Numbered from the stretch's first letter, positions 12,568-28,239 are shown. The stretch is DNA of 64,000 nucleotides from Eledone cirrhosa (GCA_964016885.1 OZ024750.1:11098001-11162000), one strand, 5' to 3'. Notes: a model not told the origin generated them from the sequence alone. Numbers and translations: made by a program.

Positions 12568-15500
12568 CACAGGAATCAAAGTTATGTTCAAACCATTTTG
12601 AACATAAATTTGATTCATGTAATTTCTATATAACTGCTCTGTAAAACAACTGATGTTATTACATTGAGCTATTTATCTTACTGGTAATAAGATAGTAATA
12701 AATTACTGTCTTTCACTGTTTAGGGTTTAAAATATATATAACTATAAAAAGTTTTAGTATATACATAACCATAAATAGTATCCTTAATACTATATATATA
12801 TATATATGAAAACAAGGAGAAAGAGACGATTATTAGGAAGAAAAATATTTTTTTTTTTCCCTTTTTATTTATTTCTCCCTTTTTTTCTCGGTTAGAAAAT
12901 GATTAAAATGAAATATTTTATTTTGTGTGAAGTGTTAAGGTATTAGTTGATTTATTTATTAATTAACAATGGCATTTATTTATTTATTTATATATTTAAT
13001 AATTGTCTATTACCGGTTTCAGCATTTTTATGCAGTATCCAATGATAGTGATATGTATTGGTGTAGAATGGTGGTGTTGGACATGTTAAAGAAATGGTGC
13101 AGAAAGAATAATGTTATTTACAAACAAGGTTTGCCAATTTGTTTCTTAAATGAAGATCTTTTATAACTTATGCATCATTTACTAAAGCCTTGCAAATGTC
13201 CTTAAAGACCCGAGCAAACCTCTACAATTACTAACTTCTTTAACACAATATCATGACTTTGTAAAATACTGTATTTGAATTAATCATCTCTGGTACTTCA
13301 AAGCTACTTCATTTAAACAGTAATTAAACCCGGGTGATATTTGAAAGCCACATGCTGACAAAATTTAAATCGTATAACTGTGATGAGTTAAGTCCTGTCA
13401 ACAGATTTTGATTTATTGGTGGTTGAAAGGTTGGCTTAGTAATGTCACTAATGATAAATGTTACAATTATGTAAGGCGAATATAATCACATTGACTAACA
13501 AACCAAATGCTGGTAATTTCTAAAATCTGACACTTGGAGGGATACGCCATTTTCAAGTTAAGGCTTTGGAATAAATTTGAAACAATAGTTCGTGCTTTAA
13601 ACAACTCATGTACTCAAACTTCAAATATTCGAAACTATTTAGAGGTGTTACCAATAACGTTTTATTTTATCAGTATACAAATTGTATAACTCGTGTGTAT
13701 ATAAAGATGAATGCCTAACGTAAGGAAATGTCGAGTAAAAATGACCATCCTGATTTTTATCACTTTTTATCACTTTATAACCATTAAATTTAGCAAAGGA
13801 CCCCTTATGTCGATAATAACTTTACAAACCAGCTACGTATTGCCATACAATTGGGCCTATCTGAGAAACGCAAAGCAAACCAAATATTGTACCACACGTT
13901 TTTGTCAGTGTTTCAATTAATTAACTAATTCAATACAATACTTTAATGTTGCTTGCATACATATATATTTCTAAAATTAATTTTATTTTCTCTGTATGAA
14001 TTCTAATGAACAAGCAATTCTAACCTAGTACATAAATACTTTCCCTTGTCTTGCTTTAATGTTTTAAAAAACAACAACTTAGTTTTCTGATGTAACCCAA
14101 AGAAATTATTCAAAGAAAACGACGTCTGTGTTTCCATATTTGTTTCCATATTTGTTTAAGCATCTTTTGTGTTTTTCTCATTACAAATTGAATAGATGCT
14201 ACTGTAAATCCCAGGGGTAACTACAATAAAAACCATTCTCTATTTGTCTAGAATTCTAGGAAAATAATTAATGTTAAGATATAAGTATGTCCAACACAGT
14301 TGAGCCTTTACTTCTTTACTCAGAGAGAAATTTCAACACCGTATCGCTGTTTTAGGTACCACATACACGAATATTGATTTCATTTTATCGTCGGATCCCA
14401 AACACATTTATATCGTTATATAAATAACATTTCCGCAGATAAAGACATTATTTCCTGTATTTCTAGTTGTACGTTTAGCACGAATCAACTCCTTCAATTC
14501 TTTGTTCGCGGGTGGCAAATCTCCGAAGCGCGGACGTACTCAAGTAACGGAAAATTTTTACTAATGGTAATATTGAAACGACGATAATAACCTTCCGTTA
14601 TATCACAAGTATTGAATGTGTACTTTAATCTCTCTCCTTCTCAATACCCGATATAATCTTCATCTCTTCCTCCGTCTAATTATTCAGATATTGATATGTG
14701 TACAGTGATAAGTTGGAAGAGAAAGAAAGAGAAAGGTGCCATTTATTCATTCTCAGTGACAGGTTAATTTCATATATGGAAAATATAGTTTTGTCTCTAA
14801 CAAAGAAAATTGCTGGACAATTAATATAATCTCGGCACGCAATTTCAGATATCGGCTGACAGGTCTCTTTCTCTCTCATATATATATATATATATATAAA
14901 TAAAGTGTGTGTGTGTGTGTATATATATAGTGTGTGTATATATATAGATGTGTGTGTATGTATGTATGTATATATATATATATATAAATGTGTTTGGGGT
15001 GTATTTATGTATGTAAATGTATACATATGTACTAAATGTTGTACCCAACATTGGAAAATTTCTTGGAGTATAATGATTGCATCTCTGCATAAATAAATTG
15101 CTCGAACAGAGTATGCTTTTCTGTGTGCATTTGTGTGCATGTGTGTATATGTGTTTCTGTATGCATATATGTGTATCTGTGTGTCTGTACGCGTATGTGT
15201 ATTTGTCCATTTCTTGCTTTTATCCCATCACGTCGAAGTTCGACAATCCGAATAGTGCGTGTGTTTTACTTGGTAATATTGGTAACATGACCTTCTCCAA
15301 ATGTAACAATATCTGTTTCATATATACTGTTATATTTGGGGAGGCTAATGTTGTCCTAATATTGCCAAAAAATAGTAAACCACACTTTACGGTTTGGTTT
15401 TCGCTTCAGTATATTTTTATGATTTTATAAATAATTTAACTGGCAATCAATGTTTTTCATTTATTGACCAGCAGTTTAAAATACAAATATAATTCCTCGC

Positions 15501-15708
15501 TTTAATTGAAGAAAGATGGTTGATTGAAAATCTGCCGACTTTTTCTTAACAGATTGTAAAGCACTCCACGATTTTTTGTTCATCCGGAGTTTTATTATAA
15601 AAATAAACAAGAAAGACGGTTTCATTTGTCCATCCCTAATTATTTTCTTATACGTATTTCAAAGACGTATGGCACTTGTACGTGTTGTCTTAAGACAATA
15701 TATATATT

Positions 15709-15960
15709 GAAGGCGAATGGCTGAGTGGTTAGAAAATTAGATTCGCAATCGTGAGGTTGTGAGTTCGATTCCCAGACCAGGTGATACGTTATGACTTTCA
15801 GCAAGACACTTTATTTCACGTGGCTCTTTCTGCCTGGAGTTGCAACCGACAGGTAGTATTAACAATTAGAGAGACCAACGAAAACATTGTTTTCTCGGCC
15901 AGATTTGACGAACTCCATCCCACTCGTTATGCGGGTGAGGTATGGGATATTGTCGATCGA
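15709..15960 (+). mobile_element. tRNA-derived SINE, CORE-like family
   Basis: A-box TGGCTGAGTGG, B-box GAGTTCGATTCC, then GCAAGACACTTTATTTCACG. Confidence 0.8.
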
Positions 15961-15961
15961 C

Positions 15962-16090
15962 AGTCGATGATTTCTCCCGAATGAAACATTTCTAGTCCTG
16001 TAGAAACCATTTCTATATTAAATCTTTATACTCTGCTTTGTATTGAGTACCTTACTTACTGTGGTTACTCCCGATTGAACCCAGGATAAA

Positions 16091-16092
<2 letters not shown>
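15962..16092 (+). mobile_element. Family B element (core mutated) ending in (TA)n
   Basis: TCGATGA-T-TTC(TCCC)GAA-T-GAAA..CTAGTCCTGTAGAA plus a tail matching the reverse complement of 6807-6890. Confidence 0.8.
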
Positions 16093-16158
<66 letters not shown>

Positions 16159-16225
16159 ATATATATATATATTATATATATATATATATTATATATTATA
16201 TATATATATATATTATATATATATA

Positions 16226-16272
<47 letters not shown>

Positions 16273-16624
16273 ATTATATATATATGTATATATTTATATT
16301 TAAGTTGGGGTGCGTAATCCAACGAAACTTAACTATCTGTATATGTCATAGTAACTAAGTATATCTACACACACACATATATATATATATACACACACAT
16401 TCACAGCTATGTGCTTTAACACAATTTTCATAGAAACATGTTTAATTCCTACCGATGTGTTTATGCTTCTAGCCACCAATTATTTATTATATTGCTCTGG
16501 TATTTTGTCTCTTTGCTATGTTATATCTCATAATTTGCTCACCACTTGTGTATTCACTGATCAATATGTGTTCGTGTGGGATTGTATAACTGTGCGTTTC
16601 TATACGCATCTGCCCCCCCCCCCC

Positions 16625-16629
<5 letters not shown>

Positions 16630-16661
<32 letters not shown>

Positions 16662-16880
16662 TACATATACATACATACACATACATATATATATACGTAC
16701 ATACACATATATTCATACATACATGCTACATATACATTATATATATATGTATATATATATTATATATATATACACACATTCTACATATACATTTTATATA
16801 TATATGTATATATATACACACATACTACATATACATTATATATATATATGTATATATATATACACATACTACATATACAT

Positions 16881-16912
<32 letters not shown>

Positions 16913-17440
16913 TACACACACATGCTACATATACATTATATATATATATATATATGTATATATATACACACACATACTACATATACATGTATATATAACA
17001 TATATATATACATACTACATATGGATGTATATATTACATATATATACATACTACATATGCATGTAATATATTACATATATATACATACTACATTTGCATG
17101 TATATATTACATATATATACACGCATACTACATATACATGTATATATAACACACATATATATATATATATATACATATTACATATACATGTATATATAAC
17201 ATATATATATACATACTACATATACATGTATATATTATATATATATATACATACTACATTTGCATGTATATATTACATATATATACATACATACTACATA
17301 TACATGTATATATTGCATATATATACATACATACATATAACATATACATACATATACATATAACATACATACAGATATATGCATACATATATATATAACA
17401 TATACATATACATGCATACACATTTGTATCTACATATAGT
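16630..17440. repeat. Degenerate TA/CA-derived minisatellite
   Basis: Recurrent CATACTACATATACAT units separated by (TA)n. Confidence 0.85.
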
Positions 17441-19233
17441 GAGAGAGAGAGGGAGAGAAAGAGATAGATAGATAGATTTATGTGTGTGTTTACGTGTGTA
17501 TTTATGTACACTACTCACTGTTTAAGCTTATCTAATTGGTCGTTATTCAACCGATAATTAGATATGCCCAATTTGTAAGTTATTTAAGAAATATAACTGG
17601 AAAGTATTGTACATGATTAATGTTAGGTAACCATTCAATAATAAATGGCGGAAAGAAGTGACGTAGAATTGTTATAATTCAGTTATTCTATATTATGAAG
17701 CTTATAGCGTAAAATAACACGCAGGTGGTAAATATGAAACGATTTTACTGTTTTCCTAGTATCTAACAAGACATACTTTCAACTAATATTTTCCTGTCTA
17801 ACAATTACTAATTTTATTAAAGTTTTCTCATCTAGTATAGAAAATGACTATATAATCATTGACAAAATGTCTTCGTTCTGCTTCCTAGCAACCAGGAAAC
17901 TCTGGTAGCAGGATATATGTTGCTAGGAAGCAAGTAATAGTGTTTCCCTTTAGACAATGGGTAGGTTTCTGTGTTGTTTGAATCCAAAACGTTTGAGAAA
18001 TATTGGTTATATTATAGATTTTCAAGTCAATTCCGTGTGCAAATGATGTTGAGAATATAACATCAGAAAGTGAATGTCAACAGTTCCATTCATGTCCTCT
18101 TGCGTTACTTTTACTACTTCTTTAAACCATTGCACTTTAAGTATAAATTGATATAGGTCAATAAGATCAAGCTTCCATTCTAAGTGTTTCTGACGTTGAA
18201 CAATTAAAGGGTGATTTGTTAACATGTTGTGCTAAGATCAGATTCTGTGTGCCTTAATGAAACAATAATAGTGAACATATTTACTGCGATATATTTTTTT
18301 CCTTAACTCTCCGAATTCTTCGCTGTTTCCTCACAACCAGCATAGAAATCGTTTTCTAGGGTACCAAAATTCCTTGTCAAAAGTAAATAAATCTGATATA
18401 GTAACATCTCTGTGGTAGATGGGAGGGAAAAATAAGAAAAGTTCACATAGTGAGACCAGAGGACGAGAAATCTAGTATGGTGTTCAACTGACGCCGAACA
18501 TCTTTGCAATAGAACCTAAAGTTTGATGTGGTTGAAAACATACGAGATATCAGCTCATTGTAGAGAGAATTTACAACTAGAGCAACTGTAACAATACCGA
18601 AGTAGTAACAAAATATTTACTACCAAATTCAAGAGAAACAAAGCAAAATCAACAGAAATAATAAAATGAAATAAGTCACGCTTTCATTAGCATTCAATAC
18701 TCCAAATTTGCAATAAACAAGAACAAGCTTCAAATTAAGAAGATATGTTGTTCGATTTAAATAAGAGGACTGTGTATTGACTCATACGTGCTCGATGTAT
18801 TAGACAATAGAAAACATTTATTTCGTTTACTACTGAGAAACGTGTTGTGTACAACAAAGGGAAAGTAAATTCCACTGTACGTCTACTACTGCCAGAAATG
18901 TGGTATTTGAGTGAGGTAGAACGAATACTAATTACCCATAAACACGTTACTAGTTCGAAGGTCTAAGATCATAAGTGTGACCCAGCTCTTGCATTTCATT
19001 TTGAAAGGGTGTCAGAAACATTTCTTGGCTTGGAGTCACGGTTTGCAGATGTTCTATAACAGCTTAACAAAGCAGTCGTTTGAAGGATGGTGCGTGTAAT
19101 ATAGTGAGAACTAAAGCAGCACATGAAGGTTGGTGTCATTTTCACATTCCATCCCACAGCTAGGATTGAGTACTCCTCTAAACCTAAACAAATGAACCAA
19201 ACTATAATTCGAAATATATTGAGATAGATATGT

Positions 19234-19525
19234 TCTTTGCCTTTCATCCTTACCGGGTCGATAAAATAAAGTACCAGTAATGAATTGGGTATCTGCTGGC
19301 CTTGTGCCAAAAGTAGAAACAATTATTATTATTGGATTGGCAGTATCGGTAGAAGGTCAGACACCATGCTTTGCAGCAAAGAGTTACGGCCCTTTATGGT
19401 CTGAGTTCAAATCCTGCCGAGGTTAACTTAGCCTTTCATCCTTACGGGGTCGATAAAATAAGGTACCAGTAATGCATTGGGATAATTACTGGCCTTGTGC
19501 CAAAAGTAGAAACAATTATTATTAT
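19234..19525 (+). mobile_element. Two tandem tRNA-SINE copies (partial plus near-full)
   Basis: GAGTTCAAATCC B-box, GCCTTTCATCCTTACGGGGTCGATAAAATAA central block, GCTGGCCTTGTGCCAAAAGTAGAAAC(AAT)n tail. Confidence 0.9.
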
Positions 19526-19612
19526 TGATGGAAAATGTTGCTATTATATCAGAGAATGTGACCACCTACTTTATATTTATCTACGCGTATCTGGGCGTAC
19601 ATAACAGCACCA

Positions 19613-19646
19613 CTGACGATGTTGCAGATGTGCAACGAAAGAACTT
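19613..19646 (+). ncRNA. Degenerate minimal hammerhead-like motif
   Basis: CTGACGA-T-GTTGCA(GATG)TGCAAC-GAAA-GAACTT. Perfect 6-bp stem II but no stem I. Confidence 0.45.
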
Positions 19647-19871
19647 TATTAGACTATATATATATGTTTATATCTATATTTCTATATTATATCTGTATTT
19701 TTCTCCGTTGGTCAGTCAATGATAAACTTTGAGGACCGAATGAATTAACTGATTTAAAAGATACAGAAGCGAAAAGTGTTATTAATTCTGGCAATATTAT
19801 TACAACAATATGACCCTCCCCAAGTATAACAATAATTGTTTCGACATGATTTAATATCAAAAACCTCTCCA

Positions 19872-19904
<33 letters not shown>

Positions 19905-19907
<3 letters not shown>

Positions 19908-20072
19908 AACAAGTAAGACCCCGACGGCCGAGCTCAAGCCGTTTCGACGGCTAATTCTGGACTGAGCTCAGCCGTCGGGGTCTTACTTGTTCCTATTACC
20001 CACTCTACTACCGTAAGTATTGAGTACTTTGGTGCGTTATCGTCCACCTGGTTCCTTATCACATTTCCTTCG

Positions 20073-20074
<2 letters not shown>
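19905..20074. mobile_element. Family A fold-back element between (TA)n tracts
   Basis: Inverted arms TAGGAACAAGTAAGACCCCGACGGC / GCCGTCGGGGTCTTACTTGTTCCTA plus the family A tail. Confidence 0.85.
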
Positions 20075-20154
<80 letters not shown>

Positions 20155-20553
20155 ACAGATATCGAGAAATGTATGTATATGTGTACCTGTATGAATAAAA
20201 CTGTTCATATATCTGATAAAAATATTTTTTTTCAATTAAATTATTTTTTAATCTAGATACGTTGAATATATTAATTTTCTCATTCCTATATTTCATTTAC
20301 ATTAGACACACGATATAATATTTACAAAAATTAGAAATAATCCCAATCATATGTCCACTGAACTTTTACGAAGTATCGATTGATTAAGCTATAGAATATT
20401 TTTACAACAGATCGGAAGATGCCTCTTTCATATTTACAATGATATGAGGAAAACGTTAAAATTAATGGCCATAATTCGATCGATTTTTTTTTTAGACGTA
20501 ATATCTTCGGAAACTTATTTCCTCTACGTACAATAAAAAAGATGCAGCTCGCC

Positions 20554-20639
<86 letters not shown>

Positions 20640-20751
20640 AATAAACATATATATACATACACATAAATATAGATACACGTATATATATATATATACATAT
20701 ACATACACATAAATAAATATATATATACATATACATAAATATCGATACACG

Positions 20752-20782
<31 letters not shown>

Positions 20783-21848
20783 GTGGCGGATAGTAATTGT
20801 GTGGATTAATTATTAAATGCTCTATACAGGAATAGGATATGCATATTTTTAGTCAAAAGTCATTTTCCCCTCAACGAGAAAATTAGAAGGCCTTGCTAAA
20901 ACTGCTAGATAGATTTGATTATTTTTTGTGTATATCAAACCTTCAACCAAGAACGATTACTTATTCCAGTGTGCAGCGAGAAAATTATTATATATGTATT
21001 CGTATTATACACAGATCCGGACATGAACAGACTTGTTTAGTGTATAATTGTACAAGCAGAGGAATTATGAATAAATCAATAGAATCATTAAACAGTGTTA
21101 GGATAAGTTAAAGTTGTATTATAGTAAACGTATAATTCGTTAATAAGTGTTGCTTCTTGTGGAGGAGTTCACGAGAGTTTACCACATTTTCAGGAATTCT
21201 GTTAATGATTTACTCATCAGAATATTTGTCATTTGTACCGACACATCATTGTTAAACGATACGTAATATATAATATCCTATATTCGACATGAAAAGCGTT
21301 CACCTAAAGCATCACAAAGCATTTTGACTATTTCAGTAAAAAGATTTACAAATGCTTAAAAGAGGTACTTTTCTCTGTTTCCTCCGTCACCCTGTCAAAC
21401 ATGGATCTAACTCAACGTTTGAAAACCGTGAATCGATCTCAGAACCATTTGATCGTGAACCCGTATCGACTATAGATTGAGCCACGCGAAGAAACGAACG
21501 TGAATACTTTTTGTAACGTGGTTCAGAAATTAGGTGTCTCGACAAAGAGAGAGAGAGATTTAGAAGGAACAAGGGGCTGTCTGGGTACTTGATACAGTGT
21601 ATTTAGAAATAAAAGGAAAGTACAAACAAGGGACAGGTCCCCTATTTAGTTGTCTGTTGAGGGTCTCAGACATTTCAACGCATTAAAGACAATATGTCTA
21701 TCCCCAGTGCATCAATATCTTTTGTAAATTATTGGAGAAGGAAAAAAAACAGAAAAAAAACAGAAGGGGAAAAAACAGAAAACGGAGAAAATATAGCAAT
21801 AAAAGGAGGGGGGGGGGCACGAGGAGAAGCTCATGTATGTAAGTAACC

Positions 21849-21901
<53 letters not shown>

Positions 21902-21938
21902 CAAACCGGCGGCTAAGTCCGAGGCCTTATTGACACAA

Positions 21939-22130
21939 TTTTTCGAGAAAGTTTAAAGTTTCCCTTGAGGATGGAATACTGTGTTTGACAGCAAGCCTAA
22001 ACCTAGTATTGTTTAAAGATGTTAGGTTACGGCCTATATATATATAGGCCGTAATATACAATACTAGGTTTAGGCTTGCTGTCAAACACAGTATTCCATC
22101 CTCAAGTGAAACTTTAAACTTTCTCGAAAA
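21939..22130. repeat. Long palindrome centred on a short (TA)n
   Basis: Near-perfect ~72-bp outer arms and an inner TTACGGCC-TATATATATATA-GGCCGTAA. Confidence 0.9.
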
Positions 22131-22364
22131 GATAACACAATTTGAAATCCAAACCAATTCCAATTAACCTCAAAACTAAGATATATAACGTTTACATACT
22201 CTCTGTAGGTGTGAATTATATGTGTCATCTGCTCTGTAAAACACCTCGGAAAGTTAAAGTATTTGAAAGACGTCTAATTGACAGTATTGTATATTCCGTC
22301 AATAAGAATTGAAACTAATTTTTAAAAAAACAATTTAATCATCTCTATCATTATTTCTCTAACA

Positions 22365-22490
22365 TCTTTATGATCTGAGTGCAAATCTCGCCGCGGTTAA
22401 CTTTGCCTTTCATCCTTACGGTGTCGATAAAATAAAGTACCAGCAATACACTGAGGTAATTGCTGGTCTTGCACCAAAATTAGAAATAAT
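22365..22490 (+). mobile_element. tRNA-SINE, 5'-truncated
   Basis: Central block and tail match the family consensus. Confidence 0.85.
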
Positions 22491-24177
22491 TCTCTCTCTA
22501 ACATCTGTCTGGGGGTTATATCTCTTGAAAAGAGAAACTAAGGAGACTTCAATTGGAAACGGGGACATCAGATCCTAAAATAAGCTCAAAGTGAATCATG
22601 AGCCGGACATAATTAAATCACAACAAGCAGGGATACATAGAAGAAATATGTTTATGGAGTTTCTTAGGCAGCACTTTATTCATAGTCTGGGCTCTCTAAC
22701 GTCACAGATGAACGATTCGTTATCAAACCCCTTTTTAATTTTGGTGTTTATTTTGTCTAGGACAATCCATCATGGCATTGATCACCTCATGCAGACTGCT
22801 ATCTCTTTGACAATTTCTGCTGGTACTATTTCATGAACAATATACTTAGTGTACTTATCGTTGTCTATGTAATGAGATAGTTTGAACATATGTAAAAGAA
22901 AAGGTTAATTATACTCTAGTTTCATTTGTTGGATATGGTATAATGTTATATACATTAATTAAAATGAACTAACAAATATAGATTTACCTACTACTACTAC
23001 AAACCCCACCATTACTTCTACTGTTGCTGCTGTTATTATCATTAGTAGTAGCAGTACTAGTAGTAGTCGTAGTAGTAGTAGTAGTATCGAAACATAATCA
23101 CCATTTGTCAACATTGCCAATTTAATACGAAATGCTTCTATTCTTATGAGTATGTATGTGTATGTATGTATATATATATGTATGTATGTGTGTATGTATA
23201 TGTATGTGTTTGTGTATGTATGTGTCTGTGTGTATGTTTGCATGTATTTGTGCGTATGTATGTGTGTGTATGTATGTGTGTGTATGTATGTGTGTGTATC
23301 TGTGCACGTATATGTGCAAGTATGTGCGTGTGCAAGTACGTGTACACGTATGTGTGTGCACGTATGTGTGTGCACGTATGTGTGTGTGTGCACGTATATG
23401 TGTGTGCACGTATGTGTGTGTGAATGTATATGTGTGTGAATGTACATGTGTGTATGCAAGTGTGTGTATGTACACTGAAATAGTGACAGCGCTGTAGTAT
23501 ATATGAATCAGCTGGGGACAATTTAATTATAAAAGTTTTATACATATTAAAATACCAGTTTCGTGCAGAATTTAAAATAAATCAATGTGAACGACAAAAG
23601 TATTTGAAATTTATTCGTTATAAATAAGAAAATCATATAATTGGTTTGAATTGATTTCGGAAAATATTATTCTATTTTATGATATTATATCCAAAGACAC
23701 TTAGAATTGATTTGAACCCAAATATGGGAATATTTTTGTCTCATTCGACCTAATAGAAATAACAAATCTCCTTTAGAACACAAGCTTGTGTTTTTTGAAA
23801 GTATATTTTAATTAAGAAGGCACTATATATAGATTTAGATATAAAGACAATATCACGATATATTGAAAGCTTATGTTAAATCTGTTCATCAGTGACCACT
23901 ATTGGCTTAAAAACAACAACATAATATCGGGTTTTATCTGTATTGATTAGTGTTAGGAATATCGAACAGCTATATATCTCATGTGTGAAGCAAATAAATG
24001 ATATTTATTATTATTTTCATTACCTTATGTATAGGTGCAGTGCATATGGCTGAAAATGTTAGATTGCTAAAAATTATATTTCAAATCTTGTGGCTCGTTC
24101 ACCGTTTCATCCTCAACACCATCCGGCATAACCGATCCGCCATTTTGTCTATTGGGATTTATTTTGCTATATTTAAT

Positions 24178-24330
24178 AATGGCTTAGTGGTTAGAGCATT
24201 GGGATTCCAATTGAAGGTTGTGAGTTCGATTCTCGGACCAGGTGATGTGTTGTGTCCTTGAGCAAGATACTTTATTTCATGTTGCTCCAGTTTACTCGGC
24301 TGTATAAATGAGTTGCGATCCTGCCAAATC
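24178..24330 (+). mobile_element. tRNA-derived SINE, CORE-like family
   Basis: TGGCTTAGTGG A-box, GAGTTCGATTC B-box, TGTGTCCTTGAGCAAGATACTTTATTTC. Confidence 0.8.
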
Positions 24331-26949
24331 AATGAGTGGCAGTAGTTCCAGCTGCATGCATCGAAAGACTGGTGTAGTGGTTCTGAGAACAATGCGGCTT
24401 TGCAGATGATCAATGTAAATTGACAATGGAAAGGCGCTCCCGCTCGAGTTAGAAGAGAACTATTGACCTCCAGGAGAAGCAGTGGCCCCTGATTGCATTC
24501 AGCAGCCGAAACGGGCGGCCCTGGTTCTTATTTGCGAGTGTAAACTCGGCCAGATTAGATTAGATAATAAAGCAAAAAAGTTGTAGAAGGACTGAAAGCT
24601 GCTGCTGCAGCAGTTTTAGATTTCGGATTTGTTACATAAAAAAAAGGCAAGAGCAAAATTCTTAAATATCCAATAATCTCCTTCCCTATACAACTTGAAC
24701 TGTAACCCTGTGATAAGAAATCGATCGAAATCCAAAACTCATGGCTTACTAAATTTGGAATCTTCATCTTTATTTAGATATTTTAAATGGCAGTTGAAAT
24801 TATATATTAAAATGATAATTGACGTCTTCTTGTGAAGAAGAAACATTCGATTTTCAATTAGAAAATTGTGTGAGTCTAAAAACTGAGTTCTTTATTTAGA
24901 GTAATAATACAAATAAATATGTCTGCCATTCATTACTTTTCTCAAAAGAATTATTTACGAAAGTAAAATTAATTGGTTTTCATGGAGGTTCGTATAGTCC
25001 TCCACTGAAATGTAAGTGTACTTACAAGCGAAAGTCTAAGAAGGTAGAGTTATTTCAGATGAAATATTTTATACATTATAGTTTATTTTACTATCTGTTG
25101 AAAACACCAACCAACTAATATATAATTTCTGTGTCTCGGTGCAGCTAGAGACATTCAAATGTGACATTTGGAAACATTTCGGGATCCGCTATCGGGATTA
25201 AATTGTCCGGTTGCAAAGTATTAAATCTAGAAACCTAACTTTAGATATATACTCTAGTACTAGGAACAATGCTTCTTAATGCAGTAGGATATGTGTAGAT
25301 AACAAGATCATTTGCTGCTTTTGAGGTCTATCCTTAAGTCAATTCTAGTTTAGCAGAACTAGTTATATGTATTCAAAGTGTAACTATGTGAAAATCCCAT
25401 CGTTTTTCTTCAGACAGAGTATCTGGCACTAGTTTATCCAATACGCCATTCCTTGCTTTAAATATAAAAAAAAATAAATTGTAGAATATGTGGCTGCTAT
25501 TTCTAGCAAGTTGAACAATCACGTAAGTTATCCATATTTCACTAATACATATTCAGTGCAATAGCAAATGCTATCATGGTTGCTATCGTGGTTCTGACGT
25601 TTTCTCTCGGACAAGAGATTATAGTAGGATTATAGCATATTCAGGTATTATAACGGAATATGGACATCTCGCTGAAAATAGACTTATCTCTTAGGATGAG
25701 GGACGTTAATATATAAAAACCTGAAATCTTGTGAAAATATAGAACTTGTACGATTTTGAATGTTTAATGTGTTTTCTTCAAACATTCCTAGGTAAAAGAT
25801 GAGTATAATTTGTTTTGATAAACGAGTATGCTAAAAACGTAGTCAATTGGTAACGTAAGATAGTTTTGTGCCTTGTGTCATAATTAATACCTATATTAGT
25901 AAATGTCTCAATCGATATCTGAATATCTCTATTCATAATATAAATTGCCTGTGTTAATAATAGTAATCTATTTGAACACAATCGTTTCTGCCCGATTTTC
26001 AATATACATTTATCTTTTTCGCGAACTTTTAATCAATTCGCTTCATTCTTTTACACTTACCATTCTTTACTAACCCTATCATTTATATGATTCCCGTTAA
26101 TATTTATATCTTTTATTTTCATTTGTATATAAACAACCAAATAAATGTTCCAGGGGAAAATATCTATTATTGTATAATTCAATTATTAAAGAGAAAACTC
26201 TGGAAAATCAGCTTTTCATAAATCATGTTGACAGCTCCATTTTCTCTATTAACCTTTGAATAGCTTACTTTGATTTTCAAGACAGTTCCTCTGTCGCTAT
26301 GATGTCATTATCACTCAATAGGCAAATGAAAACGGGAAGATAAGAGAAAACTATCTCCTCAACTCCTAGAATATTTCTATTTTTTAGTATTATTATTATG
26401 TATTTATCAGATCATCTCTTGTTGTTTTGATATTTCATCTTAAAGATTTGGGAGAAAAGCCAAATGTTACATTAATAAGTTAGTTTCTTTCCAATGAATA
26501 AAAATCAAAAGTAAAAATACGTCTTTTTTTATGTAAAATTTGGTGAGAAATGAAAAAGGATCAATGAAATATTTGACGCATATATGTTATTTTTTTCTCT
26601 TTCTGTTATCTTGCTAGGAATTCTTTTCGATATGTTTTTACACATAGATATATATGTAACGTATCGTGATTGCAAGCTTTCCATGTGCCAAATTGTTCAA
26701 GACATTTTTTACGCACTATTCAGCTCTTTTATTTCCTTAGAACTCTTATCAGCGATGTTCAGCAGCAGACAGTAGTCTATTGCCTGAAGAACGCTAGAAA
26801 TGGTTAGGGTACATGCCCACAAAACCCTTCAAGGATATGGACATTTTGGATTTTATCCAGCAAATAGTAACGAGGGCGGTGATAATCCCTTTCATAAGTA
26901 TAGATTTATAGAGATATGTATTTATTTGTTTATACAACGATAAATAACA

Positions 26950-27070
26950 AATGTTCTATTTGGAGAGGGTCATGTTATAATATTGCCAGAAATAATAATA
27001 GAACGTTCTATTATTTCTGGTAATATTATAACAATATGATCCTCCCCAAATATAACAATATTTGTTTCAA
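26950..27070. mobile_element. Fold-back copy of a short element (family N)
   Basis: Inverted arms around GAACGTTC. The right arm matches 19785-19845. Confidence 0.7.
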
Positions 27071-27634
27071 CACACGATAGATAGATAAATAGACACACAC
27101 ACACACATATATGGTAAAATATCTAAAATAGGCTAACTTTGTACGTCAACTAATGTGCAATATGCTTCTCTAAAAATGTAAATCTAAAAAATTTGTAAAG
27201 TTGCCTCTTGTACTGTATTGTTTGTTTTGTTATTGCTGTTTGCCTTTTGTATATTTGTGTATCGAAAATTATAACAATAAGAAGAAAGAGGGGAATATAT
27301 ACATACAAATAAGCCTAATAGGTTTTTATCTATTTATTTATCTACTTATTTATTCAATTTAAACGTCCGTATAGAGCTAGTAAGCCATGACACTAGGTGA
27401 AGTATCGAGTAATGCTTACAGTTGGCAATCAAAAACAGATAGTGAATAATGAAAAAAAAATCTGTAGATACTAACTTTTCCAGGGGAAAGTTTCTTTTGT
27501 ACCTCTTCTCTTCTTTCATGTATTTTCGTATTGTTTATGAATTGCCAGGGGAGTCGTTTAGACATGCACATGGAAATAAAAGAATCATGTGTATGAAGAA
27601 ATATATTTTAGCCATATTCCCATGCTTTCCAGCA

Positions 27635-27770
27635 TAGTTACGTCCCTTTACGGTCTGAGTTCAAATCCCGCCGAGGTTCACTTTGCCTTTCATCCTTACG
27701 GGGTCGATAAAATAAAGTACCAGTAATGCACTGGGTAATTGCTGGCCTTGTGCCAAAAGTAGAAACAATT
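27635..27770 (+). mobile_element. tRNA-SINE, 5'-truncated
   Basis: B-box, central block and tail match the consensus. Confidence 0.9.
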
Positions 27771-27884
27771 ATATATAGAAGGCTCTTTCAACTTGATGCT
27801 ATTTTCGTTATAAATATATATATATACGCTCATATGTATGCGCGCGCGTGCGTGCGTACGTATAAGTGTATGTATGCATTATAT

Positions 27885-27976
27885 ATATATATAAATGTAA
27901 ATGTCTACATATATATATGTCATATATATAGAGAGAGATTTATATATATATATATAAATGTCTACATATATATATG

Positions 27977-28024
<48 letters not shown>

Positions 28025-28095
28025 GACATATATATATGTCATATAGAGAGAGATTTATGTATGTATATATATATATAGAGAGAGAGAGAGAGATT

Positions 28096-28150
<55 letters not shown>

Positions 28151-28185
28151 GTCTACATATATATATGTCATATATATACAGAGAG

Positions 28186-28239
<54 letters not shown>

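Noticed and set aside
12969-13166. YKQGLP peptide resembling an RT motif
   Set aside because: Isolated short match with no downstream YxDD motif in frame
16409-17149. Long ORFs rich in YI/CV/HT/SL/RE (also 47425-48038, 51131-51662, 61213-61888, 22959-23545)
   Set aside because: Translations of stop-free dinucleotide microsatellites and minisatellites, not genes
21175-21230. CTGATGA...GAAA on the minus strand
   Set aside because: No convincing stem I, II or III pairing
26780-26812. CTGAAGA-ACGCTA-GAAA
   Set aside because: No stem II or stem III; likely chance
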